DNA of 63,944 bases, the filler included, from Octopus bimaculoides (lineage: Eukaryota), in NCBI RefSeq assembly GCF_001194135.2. It is 10 parts of 10 records of this genome, joined end to end, with 100 filler letters (N's around TTAATTAATTAA, not from the genome) between each part and the next. Parts side by side here need not be neighbours in the genome. Positions count along the whole stretch, not along the records: positions 9,736 to 17,787 come from NC_068992.1; positions 17,888 to 29,370 come from NC_068984.1; 8 more parts are not named here. The stretch is one strand, 5' to 3'. The notes under the pieces are model-generated. The model had not been told where the DNA came from. It did no database searches and worked only from the letters and a program-made list of their open reading frames with translations. The position numbers were made by a program, and so were the translations under genes. Each line of letters begins with the position of its first letter. The stretch's first letter is position 1. Below, piece after piece: positions 11,048 to 22,678 of this stretch.

Positions 11048-11889
11048 NNNNNNNNNNNNNNNNNNNNNNNNNNNNNNNNNNNNNNNNNNNNNNNNNNNNN
11101 NNNNNNNNNNNNNNNNNNNNNNNNNNNNNNNNNNNNNNNNNNNNNNNNNNNNNNNNNNNNNNNNNNNNNNNNNNNNNNNNNNNNNNNNNNNNNNNNNNNN
11201 NNNNNNNNNNNNNNNNNNNNNNNNNNNNNNNNNNNNNNNNNNNNNNNNNNNNNNNNNNNNNNNNNNNNNNNNNNNNNNNNNNNNNNNNNNNNNNNNNNNN
11301 NNNNNNNNNNNNNNNNNNNNNNNNNNNNNNNNNNNNNNNNNNNNNNNNNNNNNNNNNNNNNNNNNNNNNNNNNNNNNNNNNNNNNNNNNNNNNNNNNNNN
11401 NNNNNNNNNNNNNNNNNNNNNNNNNNNNNNNNNNNNNNNNNNNNNNNNNNNNNNNNNNNNNNNNNNNNNNNNNNNNNNNNNNNNNNNNNNNNNNNNNNNN
11501 NNNNNNNNNNNNNNNNNNNNNNNNNNNNNNNNNNNNNNNNNNNNNNNNNNNNNNNNNNNNNNNNNNNNNNNNNNNNNNNNNNNNNNNNNNNNNNNNNNNN
11601 NNNNNNNNNNNNNNNNNNNNNNNNNNNNNNNNNNNNNNNNNNNNNNNNNNNNNNNNNNNNNNNNNNNNNNNNNNNNNATATATGTATATACACATACATA
11701 TATATATATACATATATATATACATGATATATATATATATATATGTGCTAGTAGCATTCTTAGGATCACTTGAACTCAAGATGAAATAAAGGCCATGTTG
11801 AACATATATAATATTTAAATGATGTGCGCGCTTGCGCGTGCGCTTGTGTCTGTGTATATGTGCGCGCACACATTTGTATATATATGCGC

Positions 11890-12010
11890 GGGAGTGACTG
11901 TGTGTTTTTTTCGCTTCCCAACTAAATGGTCCTAGTTTCAGCTTCCGTGCATCTCACCATAGCCCTGCAAGCGGATTAGGTAGACGGAAACTGAAAAAAG
12001 GCATGTCATA
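11890..12010 (+). mobile_element. SINE family C, degenerate
   Basis: GGGAGTGACTGTGTG head and GGATTAGGTAGACGGAAACTGAAA body running into (GT)n/(GTAT)n. Confidence 0.6.
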
Positions 12011-12671
12011 TATGTGGGTGTTTGTGTGTATGTATGTGTGTGTGCGTGAGTGCGTGCGTGCGTGCATGTGTGTATGCGTGCGTGCATGTATGTGTGTATG
12101 TATGTATGTATGTATGTATGTATGTGTGTGTGTGTATGTATGTATGTATGTATGTATGCATGTATGTATGTATGTATGTATGTATGTTTGTATTACGTTG
12201 TCCATGTTGCAGAACAGACAGTCTTTTAGTGTCAGATAGTTGGCGTCCTGTTCTGTATCTTAAGACAGAGATATAAACGTTGTAATTTTAAAAGACTGGG
12301 AGAAAAAAAACATAAGATTACCTCATGCACCTGTCAGGTTTTCTCTTCATAAATCGCTATAATTTATGCATGATTCTTGCAAGCCAAATGGATCTTGAGC
12401 AGAATGGAAACATTTTCAATACTTATGACCATGTACCTTTGTCCCAAGCAAATATGTAAGAAACAACTATAAGTTCTTTTTCCTTGGACAGGAAGGTCTT
12501 AATTTCAGAGGTATATGAAGAGAGTGTCTCTTTCCCCAAAATAATCGGTTAGATATATATCCAGTTGATGCATACTGCCGGCTTTTGCACTTTGTCTCGG
12601 CGGTAGTTTGCATTCGTGTGAGAAATGAGAGAATTAATACTTAAAATTAATATAGAAGCACACGTATATAT

Positions 12672-14390
12672 TTGTATGTATGTTATTTTTTTAATCTTAA
12701 ATTATTTGAATTCTCCAGTAAGGGAGGAGCTGGTTTTTAACAAACATAACAAAGCTTCATCCGTAGAATGTAGATAAAAACAAATTCACATTTGAACTTG
12801 AAAAATGTTTTGTATATATTTACTGTTCCTCTTAGAAATTGTAGTTGTAATATGCAAGTTACCTGGTTGATTTTTTTCCTGCAAACCCCGGCTAATTTAG
12901 ATTTTTCCTATAACATTTACTTACACAACCATGTGTACTAATTATTTGTATAAATATGAATTAAGAATCTAGGTGTAAAGGTAGATGTTTCGAAGCAGTT
13001 GTCCGTAATTAACCTATTTTTCTTTGATTTTCGATGAGATATTTCCATCAGCAGCCCTCTTGGCCTCATTGACGGTACGTAATTTTACTTGTCTATCCCA
13101 AACATCAATATCCGCCTCCTTGTGTTTGCACTTGGTAACAGTTTTGATGGGAATGTTCTACCCATATTTTTTCATGTTTATGTATGTATGAAATAATAGT
13201 GGGGTTCTCTACATTTATTCCAGTACATTTATTCGAATGGCATAGTAAATTCTTATAGTGAAAACGTTGTGTCTCACTGAGACGTAATACCTTGATGGCA
13301 TTTTGGACCACATCTGTGATGCCTTCCATAGAAATGTGATATAATGTACCATTCCGGTTGATTGCTGGCTCTCCAGGGGTTTCACTGATTTTTTTTTTTT
13401 AGAAACTTTATAACAATCACCTGCTATTGGACTACAAATGCATAGTCTTCGCAGTCAGATGTGATGAAGCACTCACGAGCCTAAGAGAGGCTGCGATTTA
13501 TATATATATATATATATATACTACTGTCGTTTTCAAGACATCGGGCAAGATACTCTTACATGGTTTATTTATTTATTTCTTTATTTATTTATTTATTTAT
13601 TTTGGAATGGGCATTTCACATCCAGATCTTCATTCTGTAGAAGTTTCCAGTTGATGTCAGGGTCTCACAGGTTTTATAGACTATGAAGTGGTTTTCCTCT
13701 ACAGACCAGTCAAGTATCTCAAATGGGATTAGCATTGGTACTCAAACGCATTGTAGACTACTGTCTTCTAAATGGAAAGTTGCGACTGCCAAATTTTTTT
13801 GAGTCTGGTGTAATATTTTCGGATCAGCTTATCGTTATTTACAGCACCTTCGTATGATTTATTTTACCAATGCATAGGATATATGCAGCATTCATTGTGC
13901 AGAACAGGAGAGATAAAGAGACTGTTGATGTACAGTTTCTGGAGTTAGGGCTGATTTTTCATTTTTCACAAACACATTCGAACAATTTTCTTGAAATTCC
14001 ATTTCTGTCTTAGCTAAAAATGTTGTAAATAACTCCAGCCATCTCTTGGCATTGTTAACATTTTAGCAGAGAAATTCAGGTGGTCCGCAAAGAAATTATG
14101 AGTTACACTAGAATCTTCCGAGTTGCGGACCTCAAAATTTAGCCACCGGTTTTTTGTAGTAGAAATAATAATGGTTTTAATATCAAATAGAATTATAGAA
14201 AGACTATCTCCTTGGAATATTCAAATTGAATTATTTGGAAAATCGGAGACGATTGTCCAACTCCCAGTTATAAGTGCGAGGATTGTTGGCGAGATATTTG
14301 TGAGCCTCCCAGTGGCTGCAACTATGGAAACAAGAGTTTTGCTAAATGTAGAGACTTCAGCAGCCATGAGTAAGGAACAGAACCAATTGC
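12672..14390 (-). mobile_element. RLE-type LINE copy E: RT fragment plus knuckle/RLE C-terminus and 3' UTR, internally deleted
   Basis: Minus strand gives IFQGDSLSIILF (~14185-14220), THNFFADH (YADD-equivalent, ~14080-14100), TLTSTGNFY, DIDVWDRQVKL, YGQLLRN, and KTFFKFKM* with 3' DNA matching copy C. The 3' UTR ends in ACATACATACAA. Confidence 0.75.
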
Positions 14391-14419
14391 TGTCTTTCTT
14401 TCTCTCTCCCTATGTCACC

Positions 14420-15220
14420 TTATCTCAATCTTTCTTTAACAATATACGGGAGGAAACCAAGGAAGAAGACACCAGCACTGATGATCCTATCACCACCAAT
14501 ATCAACATCCAAAAAGGACGAAACAGCTTATAAACGGCTAAAATATAAAGATAACAGAAAAGAACATGTTGATAGAAGTAACACTGAAGGAAAAGCAAAC
14601 GAGAGCCAGCAAATAAAACGAAAACGTTAGACAGTCAATACGGAAGGACTCAAGCAGTTAGGAAGCGTGATAACTGCTGGCATGTACATGATGGTGTAAA
14701 CTGCCGCTTCCTGCATCCAAAGTCATACGACAGGCATAACGAACGCAAAGACCTTCCCTCCAAAAGTCAAAGAAAGCCTCCAAAAGAGGAAAATGTCATG
14801 CATCACCTTGTATGCAGTTTAATGTTGGAAAAATCCAAGCCCTGAAAAGAATATAGGATAGACTGGGCCAGGAGGAATTACAATCCTTGAATCAAAATCA
14901 GTGCGTGACCTGGACTTCGACATAATTAATGATGCATCTTTCTAGGAGCATATTACCAAGTTGCCAGTGAAATGCAGATGCTTGACGACTAGATCCTTCG
15001 AACTAATAAAACGATGGTCTCGGAAACCGTGATGGTACTCTGGAGCAATTTCGTCCTCAGCCGTCTGGTTTACTGTTCGCAACTGTGATCACCGAACAAT
15101 GTAGAAGTAACGACGGAATTCGAGGCGATCTAACGAAGCTGACACACAAAAAGAAAAAATAAATCGGCAAAATGCGACATAGCTATTGGGCGAGGCTGAA
15201 AGAGTTAAGACTCTACTCAT
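14420..15220 (+). mobile_element. CR1/L2-like LINE, internally deleted (ORF1 remnant + RT C-terminus)
   Basis: NCWHVHDGVNCRFLHPK (14672-14722) resembles the ORF1 finger at 33008. Downstream: KSVRDL..., FVLSRLVYCSQL, SYWARLKELRLYS. Confidence 0.6.
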
Positions 15221-16007
15221 CCTCCTACTTTCCACCACAATTGTCACGACGACCACCACCATCACCGCCGCCACCACCACCACCACCACCNNNNNNNNNN
15301 NNNNNNNNNNNNNNNNNNNNNNNNNNNNNNNNNNNNNNNNNNNNNNNNNNNNNNNNNNNNNNNNNNNNNNNNNNNNNNNNNNNNNNNNNNNNNNNNNNNN
15401 NNNNNNNNNNNNNNNNNNNNNNNNNNNNNNNNNNNNNNNNNNNNNNNNNNNNNNNNNNNNNNNNNNNNNNNNNNNNNNNNNNNNNNNNNNNNNNNNNNNN
15501 NNNNNNCCTTAATACACTTACCTCTCAGCATTCAGTCATTCTGTCTTTGAACTTAGATTTCTTCCCTCAAGTCAGAATCTCGTTTCATCCTATGAAAGAA
15601 TCAATTTATTGACATTATTATGGACAATCGGGCCCCCAGAAACAACTGCCGGATTTGTAATATTTTTCCTCCACCATCTTATTTATCTATATCATCTGTA
15701 ATCTGTCTAAGTTGAAACTTCTTATATGTATACATACATATATTTTTGTGGATTTTAAGTATTTAATAAACCTTATATATTAATCTGTCTAACTTGATTA
15801 TTCCTTCATTTACTTCTACCTGTGCTCACGTTTCAATATCTTGAGCACTTCTGTTTTCTATACAGAGAATATCTGGATGTCATCTATTGACCACACACCA
15901 ACACATACACACATACACACACACATATATATATAAATATATATATTTCGTTTTTGGATTTGGTTTGCAAGATTTTTGATGTGATTTTGTGTGTTGAAGC
16001 ATATTCT

Positions 16008-16223
16008 GTTGTGTCTGGGGAAAGTCATTTTCTTATCGTGCCTTAAAATTTAACACACTCACCGTTAAAATATCCACTTATTATTTTTATTTTCCTAAAA
16101 TTTTCGTTGCATCTTGCAACCTTTTCAATAGTCTTAACTCTTGAAAGTAATAAGTGGAAATTTTAACGGTGAATGTGTTAAATTTTAAGGCACGATAAGA
16201 AAATGACTCTCCCCAGACACAAC
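16008..16223. repeat. Long inverted repeat: 76-bp arms, 64-bp spacer
   Basis: 16008-16083 is the reverse complement of 16148-16223, with 3 mismatches. Confidence 0.95.
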
Positions 16224-16962
16224 TAAATATATATAGTTTTAGAGAAAAGAACCAAGGTTCATGAACTCATCGATGAAAATCCACTGTCACATATAAAAAG
16301 TTAATAAGTAAAATCACAATAAATAAGTATAATATAATACAAAGTAAATATCATACGATAAATGNNNNNNNNNNNNNNNNNNNNNNNNNNNNNNNNNNNN
16401 NNNNNNNNNNNNNNNNNNNNNNNNNNNNNNNNNNNNNNNNNNNNNNNNNNNNNNNNNNNNNNNNNNNNNNNNNNNNNNNNNNNNNNNNNNNNNNNNNNNN
16501 NNNNNNNNNNNNNNNNNNNNNNNNNNNNNNNNNNNNNNNNNNNNNNNNNNNNNNNNNNNNNNNNNNNNNNNNNNNNNNNNNNNNNNNNNNNNNNNNNNNN
16601 NNNNNNNNNNNNNNNNNNNNNNNNNNNNNNNNNNNNNNNNNNNNNNNNNNNNNNNNNNNNNNNNNNNNNNNNNNNNNNNNNNNNNNNNNNNNNNNTAGGG
16701 AAGAGGATTTGAACAGAGGTCTTTTAATGATGTTTATTTCACTTTTCGAAAAACGATTTTCAAAAGTAAAATGCATGTCTTTGTGGTGCCATTGTGGTGT
16801 AAAAAATGGTTAACATAGATGTACTAAAATACAGTGATAGAGTCTTTGACAATGATAAGAAATAGAATCTTTGACAATGTTAAGAAAATGTTAAGAGGGG
16901 CTTTGTGTTTAAATAGTTTACATAGAGGTGTTCAAAATAGATAGTAAAATATATTCATAATT

Positions 16963-17040
16963 CTTTTACTATTTTACTCTTTTATTTGTTCCAGTCATTT
17001 GACTGCGGCCATGCTGGAGCACCGCCTTTAGTCGAGAAAA
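16963..17040 (-). mobile_element. SINE family B fragment
   Basis: CAGTCATTTGACTGCGGCCATGCTGGAGCACCGCCTTTAGTCGAG matches the reverse complement of 2876-3031. Confidence 0.75.
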
Positions 17041-17449
17041 TTATTTATAAATTCATTAGAAAACATGATTGTATATAAGAATAAATACAGAAAGAATTTG
17101 TAGACAGTATTTAATAGGAGAAAGCTTGTATTGTTTAGTCAAATCTTCATCGGAAATATTCCAAAATTTATACAGAATTTTAGGGGAATAACCAAACTCT
17201 TATATTCATCTCCAGTTTTGTGGCAAGGATGGTTGCTATTTTTAGAAAGAGTATTGGAGGTTGGTTGCTGGGCGAAAGCATTCACATGATCTGATTTCGA
17301 ATAGTGTGTGGAATTAAAAGGATTCTCTTTTGTTTCTGGGCTAGTTTGTCATGGTTCAGAGATTTTTGGACTGGTTTTAGAGTTCAAGATGGTGTGAGTG
17401 TGTGTGTGTGTGTGTGTGTTTGTGTGTCTGTGCACGGTTCTATGTGTGG

Positions 17450-17480
<31 letters not shown>

Positions 17481-17831
17481 ATAATATTCAAGAGGATGTA
17501 GCAACCGTTACCAATATAGCATAAGAACTTACCTTAGGGGAGCATTAACTAGATTCCTTAAGGGTCGTTCTCACAGTTTATATTTATATTATAAGGTTTT
17601 TAACTTTTAAATTTTCATATTCAAAAGAGACAGAGATTTCAAACTCGATATATCGATTTATTCACCACTCTATGTTAACATTTCTCTGCCAAACTTATCC
17701 AGTGACTGGTCCATTGGATTTAGACATTTGGCACTTCTTCAGGAGTACAGACCAAGTAATTAATTGGTTTAGATCAATTGAACATAANNNNNNNNNNNNN
17801 NNNNNNNNNNNNNNNNNNNNNNNNNNNNNNN

Positions 17832-17843
17832 TTAATTAATTAA
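17832..17843. other. Artificial scaffold-joining linker
   Basis: TTAATTAATTAA flanked by N runs. Confidence 0.95.
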
Positions 17844-17887
17844 NNNNNNNNNNNNNNNNNNNNNNNNNNNNNNNNNNNNNNNNNNNN

Positions 17888-18242
17888 GTAGCTGGTCTTC
17901 TCTTGGAAGAGCCCTGCTTCTCACATGGACAACTGTATGTTGGATGCTCAAGAGTGGGCAGCAACAAAAAACCTATTTGTATATGCTCCACAAGGGAAAA
18001 CAAGGAACATAGTTTACAATGAGGTGTTATAATCACAACAGCAAGAAAGTATGTACATGATCACCTTCTTTTACGAAACTTCATTGACTTTCATATATTT
18101 ATATTGATATACATATATATACGTGTGTTTGGGTGCGTGTGTGTATATACATCTCTATATAAAAAGATGATGCGTAGTCTAGACGGCGTTTTTAGATTTC
18201 ATTATTCTCTTTAACCCGGGCAACGCCGGGTATTTCTGCTAG

Positions 18243-18243
<1 letters not shown>
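17888..18243 (+). mobile_element. Helitron 3' end: PIF1-like helicase C-terminus (17888-18032) + hairpin/CTAG terminus
   Basis: VAGLLLEEPCFSHGQLYVGCSRVGSNK(+1 frameshift)NLFVYAPQGKTRNIVYNEVL*, collinear with 38817-38960. Hairpin at 18215-18230, CTAG at 18239-18242. Confidence 0.88.
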
Positions 18244-18274
<31 letters not shown>

Positions 18275-18818
18275 ATTTGTTGTACTGATTCGATTCTATT
18301 ATTTTTGCTTTCATGTGTGTAGTGGTGCTATATTGCCTCGAGTTCCGTTAGTTTGACGCTCTGTGATAACCACAGTATTTTGCCAATGTTGCGGTTTCTC
18401 ACTGCTGTTACATACTCGTCATTTCCAAAACGAAAACGAAACAGTTAATCTGAAATATATAGGGATAAGCTATAAACTATACACTGGTTTGCAAAGGCGC
18501 TGCACAAGCAGAATAAAATTCGAATTATGGAATAGAAGCATCGGGTAAAATAACAGGCGATATTTGTAGCAATCATCTGCTTTCTTAGTTTAAATCCTAC
18601 GGAAGTTGATAATCAGCTTTCATTCTTTCATGGGCGATGAAAATATAGCAATCCGGGACAATAGATTGACAGAACTGTTAGTGTGTTGAACGGTATGATT
18701 TGCTGTATCCGTTCTGGTCTTGTACACTCTGATGGCAACACATGCGATGACATTGATCCAACCCTCTATCGGCTCAAACATTTCCCTTGAATCATCAAAC
18801 CATATCCACCGACGTCAA

Positions 18819-18890
<72 letters not shown>

Positions 18891-19111
18891 CGTGTGTGTG
18901 TATTTAAGTATTTATCTATCAGTCTATCNNNNNNNNNNNNNNNNNNNNNNNNNNNNNNNNNNNNNNNNNNNNNNNNNNNNNNNNNNNNNNNNNNNNNNNN
19001 NNNNNNNNNNNNNNNNNNNNNNNNNNNNNNNNNNNNNNNNNNNNNNNNNNNNNNNNNNNNNNNNNNNNNNNNNNNNNNNNNNNNNNNNNNNNNNNNNNNN
19101 NNNNNNNNNNN

Positions 19112-19163
<52 letters not shown>

Positions 19164-19664
19164 GTTCAAATGTACAGAAAACAAAAGACAAAGACAGATG
19201 GGGGAACAAGCAGATGTATTAGTTTGACTCTCAGGAGCTGTATGTATGTATGCATTCTTCGGATCTTGTTCTTCCATACCCATTTATAAGAACAAGATAT
19301 AAAAAAAAAAACTAGATCAAAAAGTCAGTGTCGAAACATCTTACTTAATCAATAGATCTACTCAATGTCAGTTGGCCTGGGGTTAAATAACAAAGAACCA
19401 TAGCTAAAATAACTGTCATCATAACTGAAATGAGGAAATTGATTCATATTTAATAAATTCACCCAAAGGTCGCATTTCCGCTGGAAGTGGCTCTCATGGC
19501 CAATAGGGACATTCTTTCTATGTTACAGTCAGCTTTCTTTTTCCGGATCTCCAGAAAAACCAGTGTATGTGCTTTGTGTATTTCTCTGTGTGAATGGTGT
19601 GCTGAATGTACTCGTACGCGCGCGAATGTGCGTGCTTGTGTTTGAAGTGTGAGTGTTTGGCTTC

Positions 19665-19721
19665 TATAAATATTGTCTTCAAACATAGACTGAAGTCGGA
19701 ATCGACACAAGCATTGTAAGT
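19665..19721 (+). promoter_or_regulatory. Possible TATA box and short first exon ending at a GTAAGT donor
   Basis: TATAAATA at 19665-19672, CCAAT at ~19500, ATT|GTAAGT at 19716. Motif-only evidence, upstream of the putative MCT exon on the same scaffold. Confidence 0.2.
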
Positions 19722-20040
19722 GAAATTAGCTGTTCATGAAATACAGGGTACCAGGGTGACAGGTAAAATGTACACGTATCTGCACGATACTCAGCCACTT
19801 CATTCAGTTACTTGGAATTGTTCAAAGAAATGGAATATTCATCACCGAAATTTAGGGACGATTACTTTGGTTGTTGTTGTTATATTTATTTATTTAATTA
19901 ATTAATGTTAACAATCACTGTGAAAATTCACTTGTGATAAAACATGTTTGTAACGCCACCCACAGTCTCGAGTACTATAGATCGAACATATATTGTACAT
20001 ATATCGTGATTAATTGCACAATAATATTCTTTTCTTCTCT

Positions 20041-20240
20041 AGGCACAAGGCCCGAAATTTTGAGGGAGGGGGCCACTCGATTAGATCGACCCCAGTACGA
20101 AACTGGTACTTGATTTATCGACTTCGAAAGGATGAAAGGCAAAGTTGACCTCGGCAGAATTTGAACTCAGAACATAAAGACAGATGAAATACTGCTAAGC
20201 ATTTCTCCCGGCGTGCTAACGTTTCTGCCAGCTCGCCGCC
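20041..20240 (-). mobile_element. SINE family A
   Basis: Near full-length match to the reverse complement of 56314-56480, with the CTTGTGCC-type tail. Confidence 0.9.
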
Positions 20241-20275
20241 CTCAAAATTACACAATATATTGAAATGTGGGTTAA

Positions 20276-20400
20276 AGCGACAAGCTGGCTGAATCGTTGC
20301 TGCGCCGGGCTAAATACTTAGCGATATTCCGTCCGACTTTAGTTCTGAGTTCAAATTTCGGGGTCGATAAAATAGATACTAGTTGAGCACTGGGGCCGAA
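20276..20400 (+). mobile_element. SINE family A, internally deleted
   Basis: GCTGGCTGAATCGTTG head, TTCTGAGTTCAAAT B box, CGGGGTCGATAAAAT core. Confidence 0.7.
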
Positions 20401-20429
20401 ATTTCTACTCAAATGAAGCTATGAATAAT

Positions 20430-20757
20430 GGTTTCTGATTTGGATACAATGCCATGAATCTTTAGGGAAGGGGAAAGCCGAAACCATCAACCCTAGTACT
20501 TGATTGGTACCTTATTTTATCGACTTCCTGAAGGACGAAAGGCAAAGTTAAACTCAGCGGATTTTGAGGCCAGAACGTAAAAAAATTTGAAATGAATCTA
20601 TAATTCTTTCTAATATATAAGAACAAGGATTGAAAGCGTTAAGTTAAATACAACGACCCCCGAAAGGATAAAAGGGTGAGTCGACAGCATTTGAAATTAG
20701 TATGTAGAGCTAAGCATTTTGTCCGGTGTGGTGACGATTCTACCAGGTCGCCGGCGT
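20430..20757 (-). mobile_element. Two degenerate SINE A fragments
   Basis: TTTATCGAC...GAAAGGCAAAG and GACCCCGAAAGGATAAAAG...CTAAGCATTTTGTCCGG remnants. Confidence 0.55.
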
Positions 20758-21055
20758 GATTGGCTAATAAATAATGACTCGTAATATTTCAGTTAAAAAA
20801 AAAAGCGCTTTAAATGTAGGGGTGGGGGAGAAGATGGTCAGAATCACTTAAGAGAATCGAACCATGTTTCTGTCGACAGACATGCGGTTCAGCATTCCTT
20901 TCTTCTTCGGAATGTGTGTTTTTACTCGATATATACTATAAGCTATTAATGATAACTCCATTTGCATTGATTACCTTCTCTGTATCTATCTATCTATCTG
21001 TCTGTCTGTCTGTCTCTGTATGTCTGTCTCTTTCTCTCTCTCTCTCTCTCTCTCC

Positions 21056-21087
<32 letters not shown>

Positions 21088-21683
21088 CTTCCTGCTTAAC
21101 ACAAACTTTTAGCCCCTTTTCTCTTTTTTTTAAACCTAACACAACTCTCAATTTTCATGCATCCTTATTTTTGCAACCATTATCTACATGAATTACCATT
21201 GAACTTTAAAAGCTCAGAGACAATATAATGTATTGGTATATTTATTTTTTCATATATTATTTTTTTTATATATTATTTTTTTTATATATTATTTTTTTCA
21301 TTTTTTACTTTTTTGTAAAAAACATTTTCATTCTCCGTCTTNNNNNNNNNNNNNNNNNNNNNNNNNNNNNNNNNNNNNNNNNNNNNNNNNNNNNNNNNNN
21401 NNNNNNNNNNNNNNNNNNNNNNNNNNNNNNNNNNNNNNNNNNNNNNNNNNNNNNNNNNNNNNNNNNNNNNNNNNNNNNNNNNNNNNNNNNNNNNNNNNNN
21501 NNNNNNNNNNNNNNNNNNNNNNNNNNNNNNNNNNNNNNNNNNNNNNNNNNNNNNNNATATAGGTTGCGGTGAATATATTGTCGTCTAAGTTACGCAAAAA
21601 ATGAAAATAACACTGACATCTCATTTTAATAGATATCTTTACCAAAATTGTATGAAAATATCTTGAAATACTAAAGAGTAAAT

Positions 21684-22678
21684 TCATTCAATAAAATCAA
21701 CATTGTATTCAGCCACAGCCTCCAGACGACTTCAGAATCTCCTGCTAGTCTTTTGGACGATTTCCTTGCTTGAGTTGGTGAATGCTGCCATAATCCTTAC
21801 CTTCAGTTCTTCTTTGGTGTTACAAGGAGTTTTGTTGGTCTCTCACTCAACTGCGTCCCACACATAATAACCAAGGGGATTGCAGTCTGGAGAGTTAGGT
21901 TGCCAGATGTTAGCAGTGATGTGATCGCAGAAATTGTCTGACACTCATGACTGGGTTCTCCTGTTTGTGTGGCATGGTGCAGAGTCTTGTTGCCAGATAT
22001 AGTCTTCCAGGAGCCACCTGCTTGACCCAGGGCAGCACTACCTCCTCCAGGCACTTGATGTAGGCCTCCCTGTTGAGCCTGAGGTCGTGTGGGAAGATGA
22101 ATGAAGGCATGACATCGCCATCACTAGTGATCACTCCAAACACTATGATGTTGATTGGATGTTTGATTTTTATCACTCTCAGTACATGTTTTGGAGACAC
22201 AGCAAGCAAACAGTTGTTCTGTGTGTTCACCATCTGATCCTGGCAGAAATTTTTCTCATTTGAGAAAAACCAAAGCATATTCAGTTGGAGGGGATACTTA
22301 AGTTTGTTCAAAAGCTTTGTAGTGCGGTCTTTCCTCTTGTCCTTGATGACTTGGGGTAAAAATTGGCCCTTTCTCATCTTGTATGAGGAATATTGAATGT
22401 CTTCATGCACTACCTGCTTGATGAGAAACTTAGATACTCCCATGTCATTGGCGATGGACCTGATTGGCTTCGAGGTTTCGTTATCAATCTTGGCCTGGAT
22501 CTCACCAACAAATTCAGGAGTTCTTTTCTTACCAGAACGATCAGAGTAAGTTTTCCAAGCTGCCGTACCTTCGTAATCACCAACTCTTTCCGAATCCTCT
22601 GCACTGTCCTCAAATTGACAACCAAACACTTTGAAATGTTCGTATTGGAGCTTCCGGCGCGAATGCTAAACAGCACAG
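21684..22678 (-). mobile_element. Tc1/mariner-superfamily transposase, DD37D (maT-like), inactivated
   Basis: HTH-like region IRSIANDMGVSKFLIKQVV, WFFSNEKNF (D>N), QQDSAPCH, NSPDCNPLGY (third D>G), with 37 residues between the second and third catalytic positions. Stops and a frameshift are present. Confidence 0.85.

Noticed and set aside
10864-11869. Long ORFs of 200-350 aa here and at 22.4-23.4, 26.8-27.7, 45.0-46.0, 53.4-54.1, 54.8-55.7 and 61.3-62.3 kb
   Set aside because: Made mostly of X from N gaps.
18700-18790. HSDGNTCDDID, resembling an EGF-calcium junction
   Set aside because: The following Cys is absent, a stop follows soon after, and there are no splice signals.
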